Assembly: GCA_963709405.1 (NCBI GenBank)
Contig: CAVPXM010000054.1
Location: 32,881 to 96,880, forward strand
DNA from: an uncultured Nitrososphaerales archaeon
Lineage (GTDB): Archaea; Thermoproteota; Nitrososphaeria; Nitrososphaerales; Nitrososphaeraceae
Reading direction: 5' to 3'
DNA: 64,000 nucleotides
Shown here: positions 11,330-21,044 of the stretch, one piece after another
Layout of the letters: each line of letters opens with the position of its first letter
Position numbering within the stretch: the stretch's first letter is position 1
Notes under the pieces: model-generated
Seen by the model: only the letters and a program-made list of their open reading frames with translations
Database searches by the model: none
What the model was told of the DNA's origin: nothing
Program-made: the position numbers and the translations under genes

Positions 11330-12388
11330 TCATCCTAACCTCTCATACATTCGTCTTTCTTTCATAATCCAATAAGCAACCTTCAGCAATTTGGCTGCAG
11401 CAGCTACAGCAGCTTTAGAATTACCTTTCTTTTTTGCTATTCTATAATAGAACTGAGCTATGTTACTATTCTTTTCAGTGCGAATATGTGCGTGAACACA
11501 TTCTAGCATTATCCATCGTAAGTATTTGCTACCTGCCTTTGTTATGCTGCTTCCATAATGTGTTACTCCACCAGAACTATGTGTTGATGGTACTAGACCT
11601 GCGTACGAACACAAGTGGTACGAATCAGGAAACCTATTGATATCTCCAATTTCACTAACGATTAACAAAGCTGAATAATATCCAATACCTGGAATCGTCA
11701 TCAGTAATTTAGCGATCTCATCTTCTTTAGCAAGCAGTAGTATCCTCTTAGATACAGTATTAACTTCATCATTCAACGATTTAATAACACGAAGACAACC
11801 ATTAATTCTATAATCATCATATCCTTCTAGTTTATCCATATTCCTTCTGGTAAATGTACTGGTACGATCGACATCTGAGGCCTCTATACCCTTCATAAGC
11901 GTAATGCTATGTACCTTATTCTTTAGTTTAGTTCTCATTCTTACAAGTGCGGATCTATGCCTAACAATGTCTCGTAGTTCCATTATTCTTTTGTTTGGAA
12001 CATAGCATTCAGCTATGTATCCTCCTCTCAGTAGATCAGCTAATTTAACCGCATCAAGTTTGTCGGTCTTTATTTTGGCCGAGGCAATAGCTCTTGTCTT
12101 GGTTGGATTGGATAATCGTATATCTAGGTGTCTCTTTCTCAAGCATTCATAAATGTTGTACCACATACCAGACGATTCCATTACGACCTTAGCGTTATTG
12201 CCTGGACTGAGACTATCGAAGAATTCATTCACTTTTATCAGGTTATTGTCTACTCTAGAATTATCCAGTACCTTTCCTTTTTCGTCAAGAACGGCTACCT
12301 GTAGATAGTTCTTGTGAACATCCATTCCCACAAACATACTCTTCTTACATACGCTACCGTCTGCTTTAGACTTACATAATTCGTTCAC
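11330..12388 (-). CDS. IS110-family DEDD recombinase/transposase, apparently intact
   Basis: GMDVHK, VVMES, KTDKLDA, TIPGIG, SEIGDINRF, YAGLVPSTHSSGG (catalytic Ser), GSKYLR; alternative ATG start at 12337. Confidence 0.95.
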   Translation of the reverse strand: MNELCKSKADGSVCKKSMFVGMDVHKNYLQVAVLDEKGKVLDNSRVDNNLIKVNEFFDSLSPGNNAKVVMESSGMWYNIYECLRKRHLDIRLSNPTKTRAIASAKIKTDKLDAVKLADLLRGGYIAECYVPNKRIMELRDIVRHRSALVRMRTKLKNKVHSITLMKGIEASDVDRTSTFTRRNMDKLEGYDDYRINGCLRVIKSLNDEVNTVSKRILLLAKEDEIAKLLMTIPGIGYYSALLIVSEIGDINRFPDSYHLCSYAGLVPSTHSSGGVTHYGSSITKAGSKYLRWIMLECVHAHIRTEKNSNIAQFYYRIAKKKGNSKAAVAAAAKLLKVAYWIMKERRMYERLG

Positions 12389-12546
12389 ATATAGTTAGCT
12401 ATAATGTCACCTATGTTAGGAAGTACAACAGCTAACCAAACCAATTTATCGTGTGCTATCCACAAGTACTATCATTGTATTTAGATTTCAATCTAAATCT
12501 AATAACAGCTTGCCACGACAAATAACTCGATACTAATTAACGTATT

Positions 12547-12592
12547 CTATATATTCTATATAGTAGTATATAGTGCTATTAGATATATATAG
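12547..12592 (+). promoter_or_regulatory. Five-unit CTATATAG-like array upstream of the 12614 gene
   Basis: ctatatat 12547, ctatatag 12556, gtatatag 12566, ctattaga 12576, atatatag 12585. Confidence 0.6.
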
Positions 12593-12613
12593 GTAGTTTG
12601 TTGATACTTAGAT

Positions 12614-13078
12614 ATGATAGAATCATCTACAGAAAAAATATTTCCAAAAGATAATAACGTAAAGATAGAGCAAACAAGGAGCCAAAATGATGATAAGATG
12701 GTTCAAAAGTCACTTACAAATGAAACTGGACTTACGATTATTCAATTATCCCGACAGATTAAGGATCTTGACAAGAAAAACACAAGAATAGAAGAACTAC
12801 TTTCATCTATCAAGAAAGACATTAAGAATGTAGTACTGGCCATAAAGGACAGTCAACAACTCGCATCAGACGGAGCAACTAGAATGAAGGAATTTCACGA
12901 TCAGATAGCTCAATTACAAATGCAAACACAAAAAATTGAACAGGTTATTAATGACGACTCTGTGTCTAAAAAATCAAAGAAAGTTAAGAAAGATAAGAAA
13001 GATAAGAAGCAGAGTAATAAGGAAAAGGATAAGAAAAGCAAGAAGAAAGCAAAAAGTATGAAGAAAAAACAGAAGTAA
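12614..13078 (+). CDS. Coiled-coil protein with Lys-rich C-terminal tail
   Basis: Heptad-like core; tail KKSKKVKKDKKDKKQSNKEKDKKSKKKAKSMKKKQK. Confidence 0.75.
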   Translation: MIESSTEKIFPKDNNVKIEQTRSQNDDKMVQKSLTNETGLTIIQLSRQIKDLDKKNTRIEELLSSIKKDIKNVVLAIKDSQQLASDGATRMKEFHDQIAQLQMQTQKIEQVINDDSVSKKSKKVKKDKKDKKQSNKEKDKKSKKKAKSMKKKQK

Positions 13079-13122
13079 TCGTCGTATATACACGAAAGAG
13101 ATATGCGGAGTCGTAATTCTGA

Positions 13123-13761
13123 TTGGAATTATATTTATTAAGACACGGTGAGTCAGCAAAAATTGCTGGTTTGAGCCGCGGATCTAAAGTCAGTAATGGA
13201 AATTCAGGCCTTACAGAAAATGGGAGAAAGGAAATTACCAGAATTGCAAAATCAATAAAGAGATTCAATACTACTTTTGATGTCATCCTAACAAGCCCTC
13301 TCAATTCTGCGATGCAAACTGCAAAGATAATTTCCAATACCTTCAAAATGAAAAATAAAATAGTGATTTGTGAAGAATTAGTTCCGGAAGGTAATAAACT
13401 AAAATTGTACAATAGGCTGCACCAGTTTACATCAGAATCGTCAATATTCATGGTCGGTCATGAGCCGTATCTCACGAATATAATCGATGGAATCATTTCG
13501 CAGCACCGAAACAGAAGCAATACAACGAGATCAGTAGCAAGTAGTACAAGAGTGAAAGGTATGACAAGAGTGGGAAGAGGTATCGTCCTAAAGAAAGGGG
13601 GATTGGCCAAAATAAGGATAATTTCAACTGCTCCTGAATTAAGAGGAGAGTTAAGATGGTTACTTACACCAAGGATCCTCAAATCCCTGTATGGAGAGTT
13701 CACCACGGTCGAAAAAATCAGGCAGAAAAAGGAAAACTCGGCCATTGAAAAAGTTTTGTAA
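13123..13761 (+). CDS. sixA: Phosphohistidine phosphatase SixA-like
   Basis: LYLLRHGE, LTENGR, ILTSPL..AMQTA, MVGHEPYL, LKKGG, LRWLLTPR. Confidence 0.9.
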   Translation: MELYLLRHGESAKIAGLSRGSKVSNGNSGLTENGRKEITRIAKSIKRFNTTFDVILTSPLNSAMQTAKIISNTFKMKNKIVICEELVPEGNKLKLYNRLHQFTSESSIFMVGHEPYLTNIIDGIISQHRNRSNTTRSVASSTRVKGMTRVGRGIVLKKGGLAKIRIISTAPELRGELRWLLTPRILKSLYGEFTTVEKIRQKKENSAIEKVL

Positions 13762-13969
13762 AGATATTTGTAAACTGTACAAAGCCAAGAGGAATAAGGC
13801 ATCGCCAAGTTATTACAATTTGGGATGTAAGCGTTGTGTGGAATGCGAGATATTTCTCAAATATGACGGCATGAAATGTCCTTGCTGCGATCATATCTTA
13901 CGAGTCAAGCCACATAACAACATATCAAAAGGAAAATTGCTTCAAACTGTTCACTACATATTAAATTGA
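13745..13969 (+). CDS. Small Cys-rich zinc-finger protein
   Basis: CKDIC..Y..G.KRCVECEIF..CPCC..LRVKP; TTG start at 13745 overlapping the sixA end is inferred. Confidence 0.7.
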   Translation: MKKFCKDICKLYKAKRNKASPSYYNLGCKRCVECEIFLKYDGMKCPCCDHILRVKPHNNISKGKLLQTVHYILN

Positions 13970-14598
13970 TAAATAAATAAGCATCGACAGGTATGAATTG
14001 AATAACTATCCTGCCAATCGCTATAGTTATGTCATTTTTTCACTTGCTCACGACTAATACTATCCTAGCACATGTCTTGAAATAGTCTCGAAGATTGTTG
14101 AGGAAAACTGGAACGAGTCTAGGTAGTGCTTGATTATCCTAAAATAGACTAAGGCCCAGATGATGACATCAGCGTATCCCAAGATGAAAGCCGCTATAGG
14201 AAAAGGCAAAGACCTACGATTGGAGCTCAGGTCAAACAAATCAAATGGCACTTATCGGGTTACTGATGAAAAGGTAAGGAAACTCCTAGAATATCGGCAT
14301 TCAATAGAGGATATGAAGTTGATACTCGACCCTGTGAGTTATTTGTTTATCTTTGATGCTATTAGAGTTGGAAAGAAAATTACGTTGACCTGGCAGCGGC
14401 GACGAATATCAAAAACACTTCCATGCCTTTCAGATACAACTCATCGAGTACTTCCTTGAGAAATATTCTACACTATACTGGCATGAAAGATTTGCAGTAT
14501 TATGACTTTAACGATGGAAGCTTCGCATCAATCTGCTATTTGTCTAGATATACTACCAGCCCACCTGATCTCAATCAATTATTGGAAGTACATTCTAT

Positions 14599-15051
14599 TC
14601 ATTTCAAGTCTTGTAATAGTGGTTGTTCTATTAGAGTTCTTATTATGCATAACAATTCTTCCGTCTCGATCGGCTTTAATACAAAATGCCTCTCTCCAAA
14701 TTTTGGATAAACTTCATTTTTATAAATTGCGTAATCACTTAAATCAGAAAGAGCGGTGAGAAAACACGTAGTCACTGTCGGATCGTTTCTTTTTATCTTT
14801 TTATATAAATCAAAGCCATTCATTCGTGGCATTCTTATATCAAGAATCAATAAATCGTATGATCCAGCAACATACCTGTCTAGTGCCAAAGTAGGATCTG
14901 TAAATGCCTCTACTTTAAAACTGTTCTCTTCTAGAATAAATCTTAATGACTTAAGAGAATCTGGTTCATCATCTACGATAAATATTGAATAATTCTTTTC
15001 ATATGTATTTCGCGGCACGTCAGGCTTGCAATACAAATAGATTCTGTGCAT
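14599..15051 (-). CDS. Stand-alone response regulator receiver
   Basis: IVDDEPD, YDLLILDIRMPRMNGF, FLTA, KP motifs. Confidence 0.92.
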   Translation of the reverse strand: MHRIYLYCKPDVPRNTYEKNYSIFIVDDEPDSLKSLRFILEENSFKVEAFTDPTLALDRYVAGSYDLLILDIRMPRMNGFDLYKKIKRNDPTVTTCFLTALSDLSDYAIYKNEVYPKFGERHFVLKPIETEELLCIIRTLIEQPLLQDLK

Positions 15052-15505
15052 ATTAGATTAAAAATGACCTTTTATTTTTTGTCGAAGGGATCTAAATACT
15101 TGTATATGGTCATATAGATAGATCAATAATCATGATAACAATTTGGCTTTTAGATTAAGTGTTTGCCTCTCACTTTGTCAGGTTGTCTTGGTAACTGATT
15201 TAATTCCCTTAAATCGTCGACCTTCGTCTGTATATCTGCATCTTACCTTTCTGACTGGATGGCTGATGAACATTTAAAAATATTAGATAAGGTTATGGAA
15301 TATTTCTTTCCCTAAATCCTTTTTGTAACATTTGCTGTAGTAAAGTCTTGGGAAAATAGGGGATTTTTTAAAGATGAATTGTTCAAAATGTTTCATATAA
15401 AATGTATTGCCTCTTTAAACACAGTCAACAGTTACACGGAGTTGTCCATATTAAATGATCTAATTTTAGCAGTCCTTATTGTTTATTAGTCAATAATATG
15501 AAATA

Positions 15506-15808
15506 ATGGCTAAAGAGGTTCGATTAGAAATGAATTGTGATTACTGCGGTCACCTGCTATCTGATCACGCTGTTAGTTATTATGCATCAGGACTGGTAAG
15601 AGTAAAGTGTTTTTTAGATAGTTTTGTAGATGAAGACAGAGTAAGATATTATAAGTGTAAATGTGAAGACATTTTGATAGATGTGAATTGGTATGATGAT
15701 GAAGAAGGCTGGGATTATCAATCACCAGATGAGATAATCAGGACTAGTCCATTCAAAACTTTAACAAATAATACTATAGATATCAAAAACGATCATCATA
15801 TAGTGTAG
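15506..15808 (+). CDS. Hypothetical Cys/His-containing protein
   Basis: CDYCGH..H..C..CKC pattern. Confidence 0.55.
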   Translation: MAKEVRLEMNCDYCGHLLSDHAVSYYASGLVRVKCFLDSFVDEDRVRYYKCKCEDILIDVNWYDDEEGWDYQSPDEIIRTSPFKTLTNNTIDIKNDHHIV

Positions 15809-15889
15809 GAGATTCTATGATGATTAATTCACCTTCTACACCCCGTTATTTATTATTTAATTATCATTGATAAATAACTACTTTCATTT

Positions 15890-16061
15890 TAGCAGAAAAC
15901 AATAGTTATTGATGATTCACCAGAAATTGTTTTTAAAGCCATTATTGATCCATACGAGCTAACAAATTGGTTTCCAGATCAAGCTATTTTAGAAGCAAAG
16001 GTTGGAGGGAAAGTAAGATTTATCACTCTTAAGAATACTCCCAAAAAATCAGAGGATCAGC
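15890..16061 (+). pseudogene. SRPBCC/AHSA1-domain fragment ending at the IS630 boundary
   Basis: IVIDDSPEIVFKAIIDPYELTNWFPDQAILEAKVGGKVRF. Confidence 0.7.
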
Positions 16062-16628
16062 TACACCAATTAAGATAAGTGCTCTGACATATTCCCAGTT
16101 AGATAATTTCTCATATTCAGATTGAAATGTTTAGTTCTAAAGTACTGTCCTAGCCTTATTCTAAATTCTGTAAATGATGGATAAAATGTTAATACTAACA
16201 GATCATTTTTAGATATATTCCACCATGAACTATATCTTCAAGTCAATTCAGCTTCACCATGAACTCTGGTGATGCTGTTGGAAGATAGATTGGTTTTAGA
16301 GTATCTCTTTGTTCTTCAAAGTACTTCCTTACTTTGCGGGATTTATGATGTTGAGGTGCCTTATCCGAGAATAAGTAACATTTTGGGAATTTATAATGTA
16401 TCTGTTTTAGGAATTCATAGAACGTATCCTCATCAAACCTTTCAAATTGTCTGAATAGCTGCTTTCCTTCAAGATTAATAGCACCAAATATACAGAAATT
16501 CCTGTGTGAACCTGTTATTGTAACTACAGGTCTGGAATCTTTATAGATCCATACTTTTCTAACAAGGCTGTCAAAGAAGAATGATTCATCCAATGATGCT
16601 GCGGTAAAATCCTTAGGTAGACAATCTA

Positions 16629-18903
16629 TACTGCCTAACATAATTTGATGCAACTGTTGATGGTCTTGGCCAATACAAATTTAGCTTGAGGGCATTGTGT
16701 ACCTAATCTGTTGGCGACTGGAGCTTTGAGCAACGCCTATAGAAATGAAAAAGACGCTGACCTAAGGGATTGAATTCTACTAAGTCAAGTGTCATATTTA
16801 ATGTCGTCATACCATATTCCAAATGTTTTGTTTAGGTATTCTGATACCGCAGTTTTTTGTTCTTCTATATTTTCATAGAATCTATTCCCACACACATCTG
16901 ATTTTATCTGCTGGTTTACTTTCCTTTCATTTGGATTTAGGTATGGTGCTTTCTTTGGTAGGTGAATAATGGTCAGCCAGTCTTTTTCTTTCTGTGCATT
17001 GATATAATTCCGTACCATTAGGCTTACATGGTATGAAGCGTTATCCCATATGAGTATGAGTCTTTTCCACCAATCACTTTTCATAATGTTTCTCTTGAGA
17101 TTCTCCAGATGGTCAATAGTACCTCGTAGAATTCATTCTATCATAGAAATCATACGTCATTAATTTCTCTTCAGGCCATAGCATGGATATATATGCGGAG
17201 AACTTCCTTCTACTTCCATTATGTTCTATTTTCAGCTGCTCGCCTTCAAAACTCATGGACTTGTGAATACAAGGTTTCTGTGTTATGGTAGTTTCATCTT
17301 CAAATGCCATTATAACTCTCTTTTTTTCAGAGCTGATGCTACTTGCTTGTAGTTATCCACTCTCTTTTTCCCTTGTTCATAATCCTCTCCATGTAATAGT
17401 TCCAATTTTGGTCTTTTGCATCTAATTCCCATATCCTTAGTTATTCTTTGTAGATGTTTGAAACTGATTGGAATATCAAGCTCATCTGTAAGACACCTTG
17501 CCAGCGACCTTAGACTCCATGTATTCCTTAGATAACCAAAGATATGTGGATCGTTAAACAATGCTGATAGAATAATCTCTTTGTTTTCGTCTGTTATGCT
17601 GGACTTCGATCCACCAGGTTTCTTCATCCTTACTCCATCATCAATCCCTTTCTTAATGTATGCAGCAATCCACCTTTGTACAGACCTGCTGCTGACTCCG
17701 TGTTCATTTGCTATATCTTCATAAGATCTACCTTCAACTTTTTGGAGTATAGCCAGTAACCTGCGGTATTCCTTTTTGTTATTCGTATTCTTCATAAATG
17801 ACTTTAACTTGTTCTTCTGTAGTATGGTAAGTATGAGTTTGGAACGATGATTCACAGAATGAAAATATGATTTGTCCCAAGCTATAATTATTTCGAAATC
17901 TACGTTATGTAATGAATGAATAACGACATAAACTTAGACACTTCACTTAGTAAGGCTTGTTAGAGAAGATAAGAAAGAAGCATCCAGTGTAGCTGAAAAG
18001 GAATTCCATAGATCTAGATGGTGGGCTTACAAATGGCTCAAGAGATTTGATAATGCTGGTTTGGAAGGACTAAAGAATAAGCATAGAAGTGGTAGACCTC
18101 CAGAAGTGTCAGAAGAAAGATCTACCAAGATAAGAAAAGAATTGTCAGAAAATCAATCAGGATGGATGGTCGCTAAAGAAGTCATGAATTTGATATATGA
18201 AAGAACAGGAGTCAAATATCATGAAGTTCATATCTACAGACTATTACATTGATGGGGTTTCAGTCCTAAAGTACCAAGAATGAAATTTGTTAATGCTGCA
18301 TCAAAGCAAGAGAAAAACGAGTTTCGAAAAAGGCAAGAAGGATAATCTCACGAATAATTCAAGGCTTTACCGTCACAGTTATGGACGAATCCATCTTCAT
18401 ACATGATTTCTTTGGTTCGAAGGAAGATGTGGACTGCAGATAGATAGAATAAGACCAATTGTAACTATTACTGGATCACACCAAAGGACCTGTGTATTTG
18501 GTGCTCTGTGTATAGACGGAAGACAGTTCTTTCGTCAGTATGAATCCTTTAACCAATACACCTTTCTGGATTATCTCATACAATTGCAAAGAAGGTTTGG
18601 AAAACTAATATTGTTCATAGACAGAGCACGTCAACATCACCGGTCCATCATGGTAAGAGAATACATAGAGCAAAACAAAGACGTTCTAAAAGTAATATAT
18701 TTTCCAAAAGGTTCGTCTGAATTTAATGCTATAGAAGAATGCTGGAGACAGGGAAAATATGATCTCTTGGTATCGAAATACTATCCGAAATTTGCAAATT
18801 TCAGACATACTATAGCCAACTACTATAGAACAAGACGGTTCAAACTAGACATAGTCAAATATCTATCGAGGAGTGTGAGTTAGCGAATTAATGTTACTGA
18901 GTC
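16629..18903 (+). mobile_element. IS630-family element C (middle, degraded) inserted in A
   Basis: TA at 16627-16628 and 18904-18905; imperfect IRs TACTGCCTAACATAATT / AATTAATGTTACTGAGTC; transposase fragments 18061-18252 and 18584-18883; removal restores KILDCLPKDF of A. Confidence 0.78.
16780..17950 (-). mobile_element. IS630-family element B (inner) inserted in C
   Basis: TA at 16778-16779 and 17951-17952; IRs CTAAGTCAAGTGTC / GACACTTCACTTAG; ORFs 17310-17855 (HTH), 17113-17310 (FEDE), 16785-17084 (WDNASYH, PYLNPNE). Confidence 0.88.
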
Positions 18904-19564
18904 TAGTATTTTCTGTGCTCTTTTTTAAACTGCTTTTTCTCCTTTTGTGGTACAGTATTAACGTGCACTTTCCTAGGTACCTTCTGTTTGAATCCCCACT
19001 TATGAAGCAATGTATAGATATAGATTTGATGGTAGTATACATTTCCTTCTTTTACTATCATTTCATTTACCTGTTGTGTAGTCCAGCCCTGTTTTCCTTC
19101 CTTCAGTTTCTTCCTTACCTTAAGAGCAACTTCTTTAGGTAACTTTGAGGGCCTACCACTCTTAGGCCTATTCTCTAGTCCGTTAATACCTTCCTTACGA
19201 TATCTTGCAAGCCAATCAGAAGTCCATGTTCTGCTTCTGTGCAGCTCCTTTGCAACACGAGCTGGAATCATTCCTTCACCTTCGACTTTGAGAACAAGTA
19301 ATAGCCTCTCCTTTAGTCCCGCTCGTGATTCCTTCCTGTACCAAGTTTCTAATTCTCCTTTACTGAGAGTCAAGACTCATTCAGGAAAGCAGATCAATGA
19401 ACAAAGCTATATCTCTTCCTGTACGAGGAATATGACAATTCCATCAATAATATGTAAGTATACTTATCTTAATTGGTCTAGGTCTAACTACACAAGCATA
19501 ATGATACGTGGATACGTTAGTCAGAATTATCTGGTACTATTGAGATATAATTTCTCTATTTATA

Positions 19565-20488
19565 TCAACTGATATTCATAATATTGAGAAACAAATTGTC
19601 GTTGCTATCTGAAAGATCTACTTTACAATATTCTGCAAACTGTTCAAACTTTTTCTGCCTATCTTCGTATAAATGTTCGATAACGCCATGAATGGAGCGA
19701 TCCTTGTGATGATTTTTCAGATATGCAATGGTTGTATCATAGTCATGAATCGTGCCGAGCATATCTTGGACTTTTTCTAATTCTTGTATCAATTGAGACA
19801 CTTTATCTTCATCTTTATTTTTGCCGTTTTCACCAATTGGTAAAAGTTCTAACAGATAACGAAGCTTTTTACAATCCTTTCGCATTTCATGCAATTCTGA
19901 TATCCTCTTAGGAGAACTAAGTACTATAGGATAATTCCTTTCTATTGTATTGGCCAATTTGCAAACAGCATTATTAAATCTTTTCTCTAGCTTCGTTTCT
20001 GATTTATTGGTCATGTTACCATCAAGTTTAGGAAGGCTTAATTTTCTTAAATCCAAAGCTATGCTCTTCGCTTCGCTGAGCGTTCTATTTCTAAGAGTTT
20101 TTAGCGACTTGAATATGTTCGTACTTGTTTGTGAGGACTGTAGCTGTTGTCCTGGTTTTGGTAAATGCTCAACAGGTACATATTTGGATAACATGTCGAA
20201 AATAATGTCGTAATCTCTTATCTTGCTATTTATGGAAAAAAGTTCCTTACCTTTCGCTACAAATTCTTTCATTTTCTTTCTATTTCGGATTGCCTTTGGA
20301 AGTGATTGATAGCTAGCTCGTAGTCTTCTGATCGAGGTCCTAATATCATGAATGTGTTCCTCATTAGGATCCTTGAGATATACATCTAACCTATTGTTTA
20401 CTCGTTGGATATTTCTCTCTGACTTGTCTAGATATGTCTTGGGATCAATAGCATACAAAATATTATTAATGGAAATATATTTCGACAT
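19565..20488 (-). CDS. CHAD-domain (polyphosphate-binding) protein
   Basis: EHIHDIRTSIRRLR, IRDYDI, LHEMRKDCKKLRYLLE, QDMLGTIHDYD. Confidence 0.92.
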   Translation of the reverse strand: MSKYISINNILYAIDPKTYLDKSERNIQRVNNRLDVYLKDPNEEHIHDIRTSIRRLRASYQSLPKAIRNRKKMKEFVAKGKELFSINSKIRDYDIIFDMLSKYVPVEHLPKPGQQLQSSQTSTNIFKSLKTLRNRTLSEAKSIALDLRKLSLPKLDGNMTNKSETKLEKRFNNAVCKLANTIERNYPIVLSSPKRISELHEMRKDCKKLRYLLELLPIGENGKNKDEDKVSQLIQELEKVQDMLGTIHDYDTTIAYLKNHHKDRSIHGVIEHLYEDRQKKFEQFAEYCKVDLSDSNDNLFLNIMNIS

Positions 20489-20544
20489 AATGTAATTTAT
20501 ACGCGCATTTACAATATTAATACCGCTGCACTTATAACTGTTGT

Positions 20545-20853
20545 CCAGGGGCCCGTCAGGCGAAAGACCATGGTGTACCCACTATGATAGAGCGAGATGG
20601 TGTTGTCACAGGCTACGCAGCAGGTATTGGTATACTTGGTCATGCAGTCGCAAGGTCAAACCAGGAGCTGAAGGCATTGATTGCTAATGCGTCTGCAATT
20701 CTTGGTCCGGGTTTCTTTGTGCCTGCCCGGTACTACGAAGTAATAAATTGGTGCCTTGAAAATAGCTTTCAAATTGGCTGGCCTGCAGATCTGATGACCA
20801 TAGGTCCCTATCAAGAACCACTGGCGTCTTTCCTTCCATCTTTGGCGTATTGA
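20545..20853 (+). pseudogene. C-terminal fragment of a GNAT-like protein
   Basis: IERDGVVTGYAAGIGILGHAVA..GFFVPAR..WCLENS..LMTIGPYQEP; no N-terminus; abrupt GC rise. Confidence 0.55.
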
Positions 20854-21044
20854 AATTGTTATTGATCGTTCAAGCATACAGCCATGTCTTACGTGTTAGT
20901 TTAATGAAGCAATGTATCGATGCATCAAGAATGGCAGCCCTAACGGTATTATTAATATATGATAAATTATAAAAATGGTTATTATGATGAGGTAGACGAC
21001 CAATAAATGAATGGTGTATGGTCACCAGCCATCATATTGTTTGA

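Larger units (their letters stand above)
11091..12397 (-). mobile_element. IS110-family (IS1111-type) element with 3' non-coding region
   Basis: TA core at 11089-11090 and 12396-12397; sub-terminal IRs ATGTGAAC/GTTCACAT; no TSD; ends defined by comparison with the uninterrupted IS481 copy. Confidence 0.88.
10081..12430 (-). mobile_element. IS481-family element copy 1 (frameshifted), carrying an IS1111-type insertion in its 5' end
   Basis: TGTTGTACTT...AAGTACAACA terminal IRs; HTH plus rve integrase ORFs 10598-11083 and 10089-10625; flanks gttaat/gctaac may be a degenerate 6-bp TSD; collinear with copy at 26443. Confidence 0.88.
16064..19478 (-). mobile_element. IS630-family element A (outer)
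   Basis: IRs CACCAATTAAGATAAGT / ACTTATCTTAATTGGTC, TA on both sides; N-terminal ORF 18903-19373 with TTTAAAAAAG slip site, DDE part ~16070-16628. Confidence 0.85.

Noticed and set aside
12354-12362. CTACCGTCT identical to 11208-11216 in the predicted donor loop
   Set aside because: Lies ~35 bp inside the element and does not fit the junction defined by the IS481 comparison; may be chance, not used for boundaries
12547-12592. Octamer arrays as CRISPR or mini-array
   Set aside because: Units are 8 bp with 1-3 bp gaps, no unique spacers, and no cas genes in the window
14160-14459. 99-aa ORF next to the receiver gene, considered as a histidine kinase fragment
   Set aside because: No H-box or ATPase motifs recognisable
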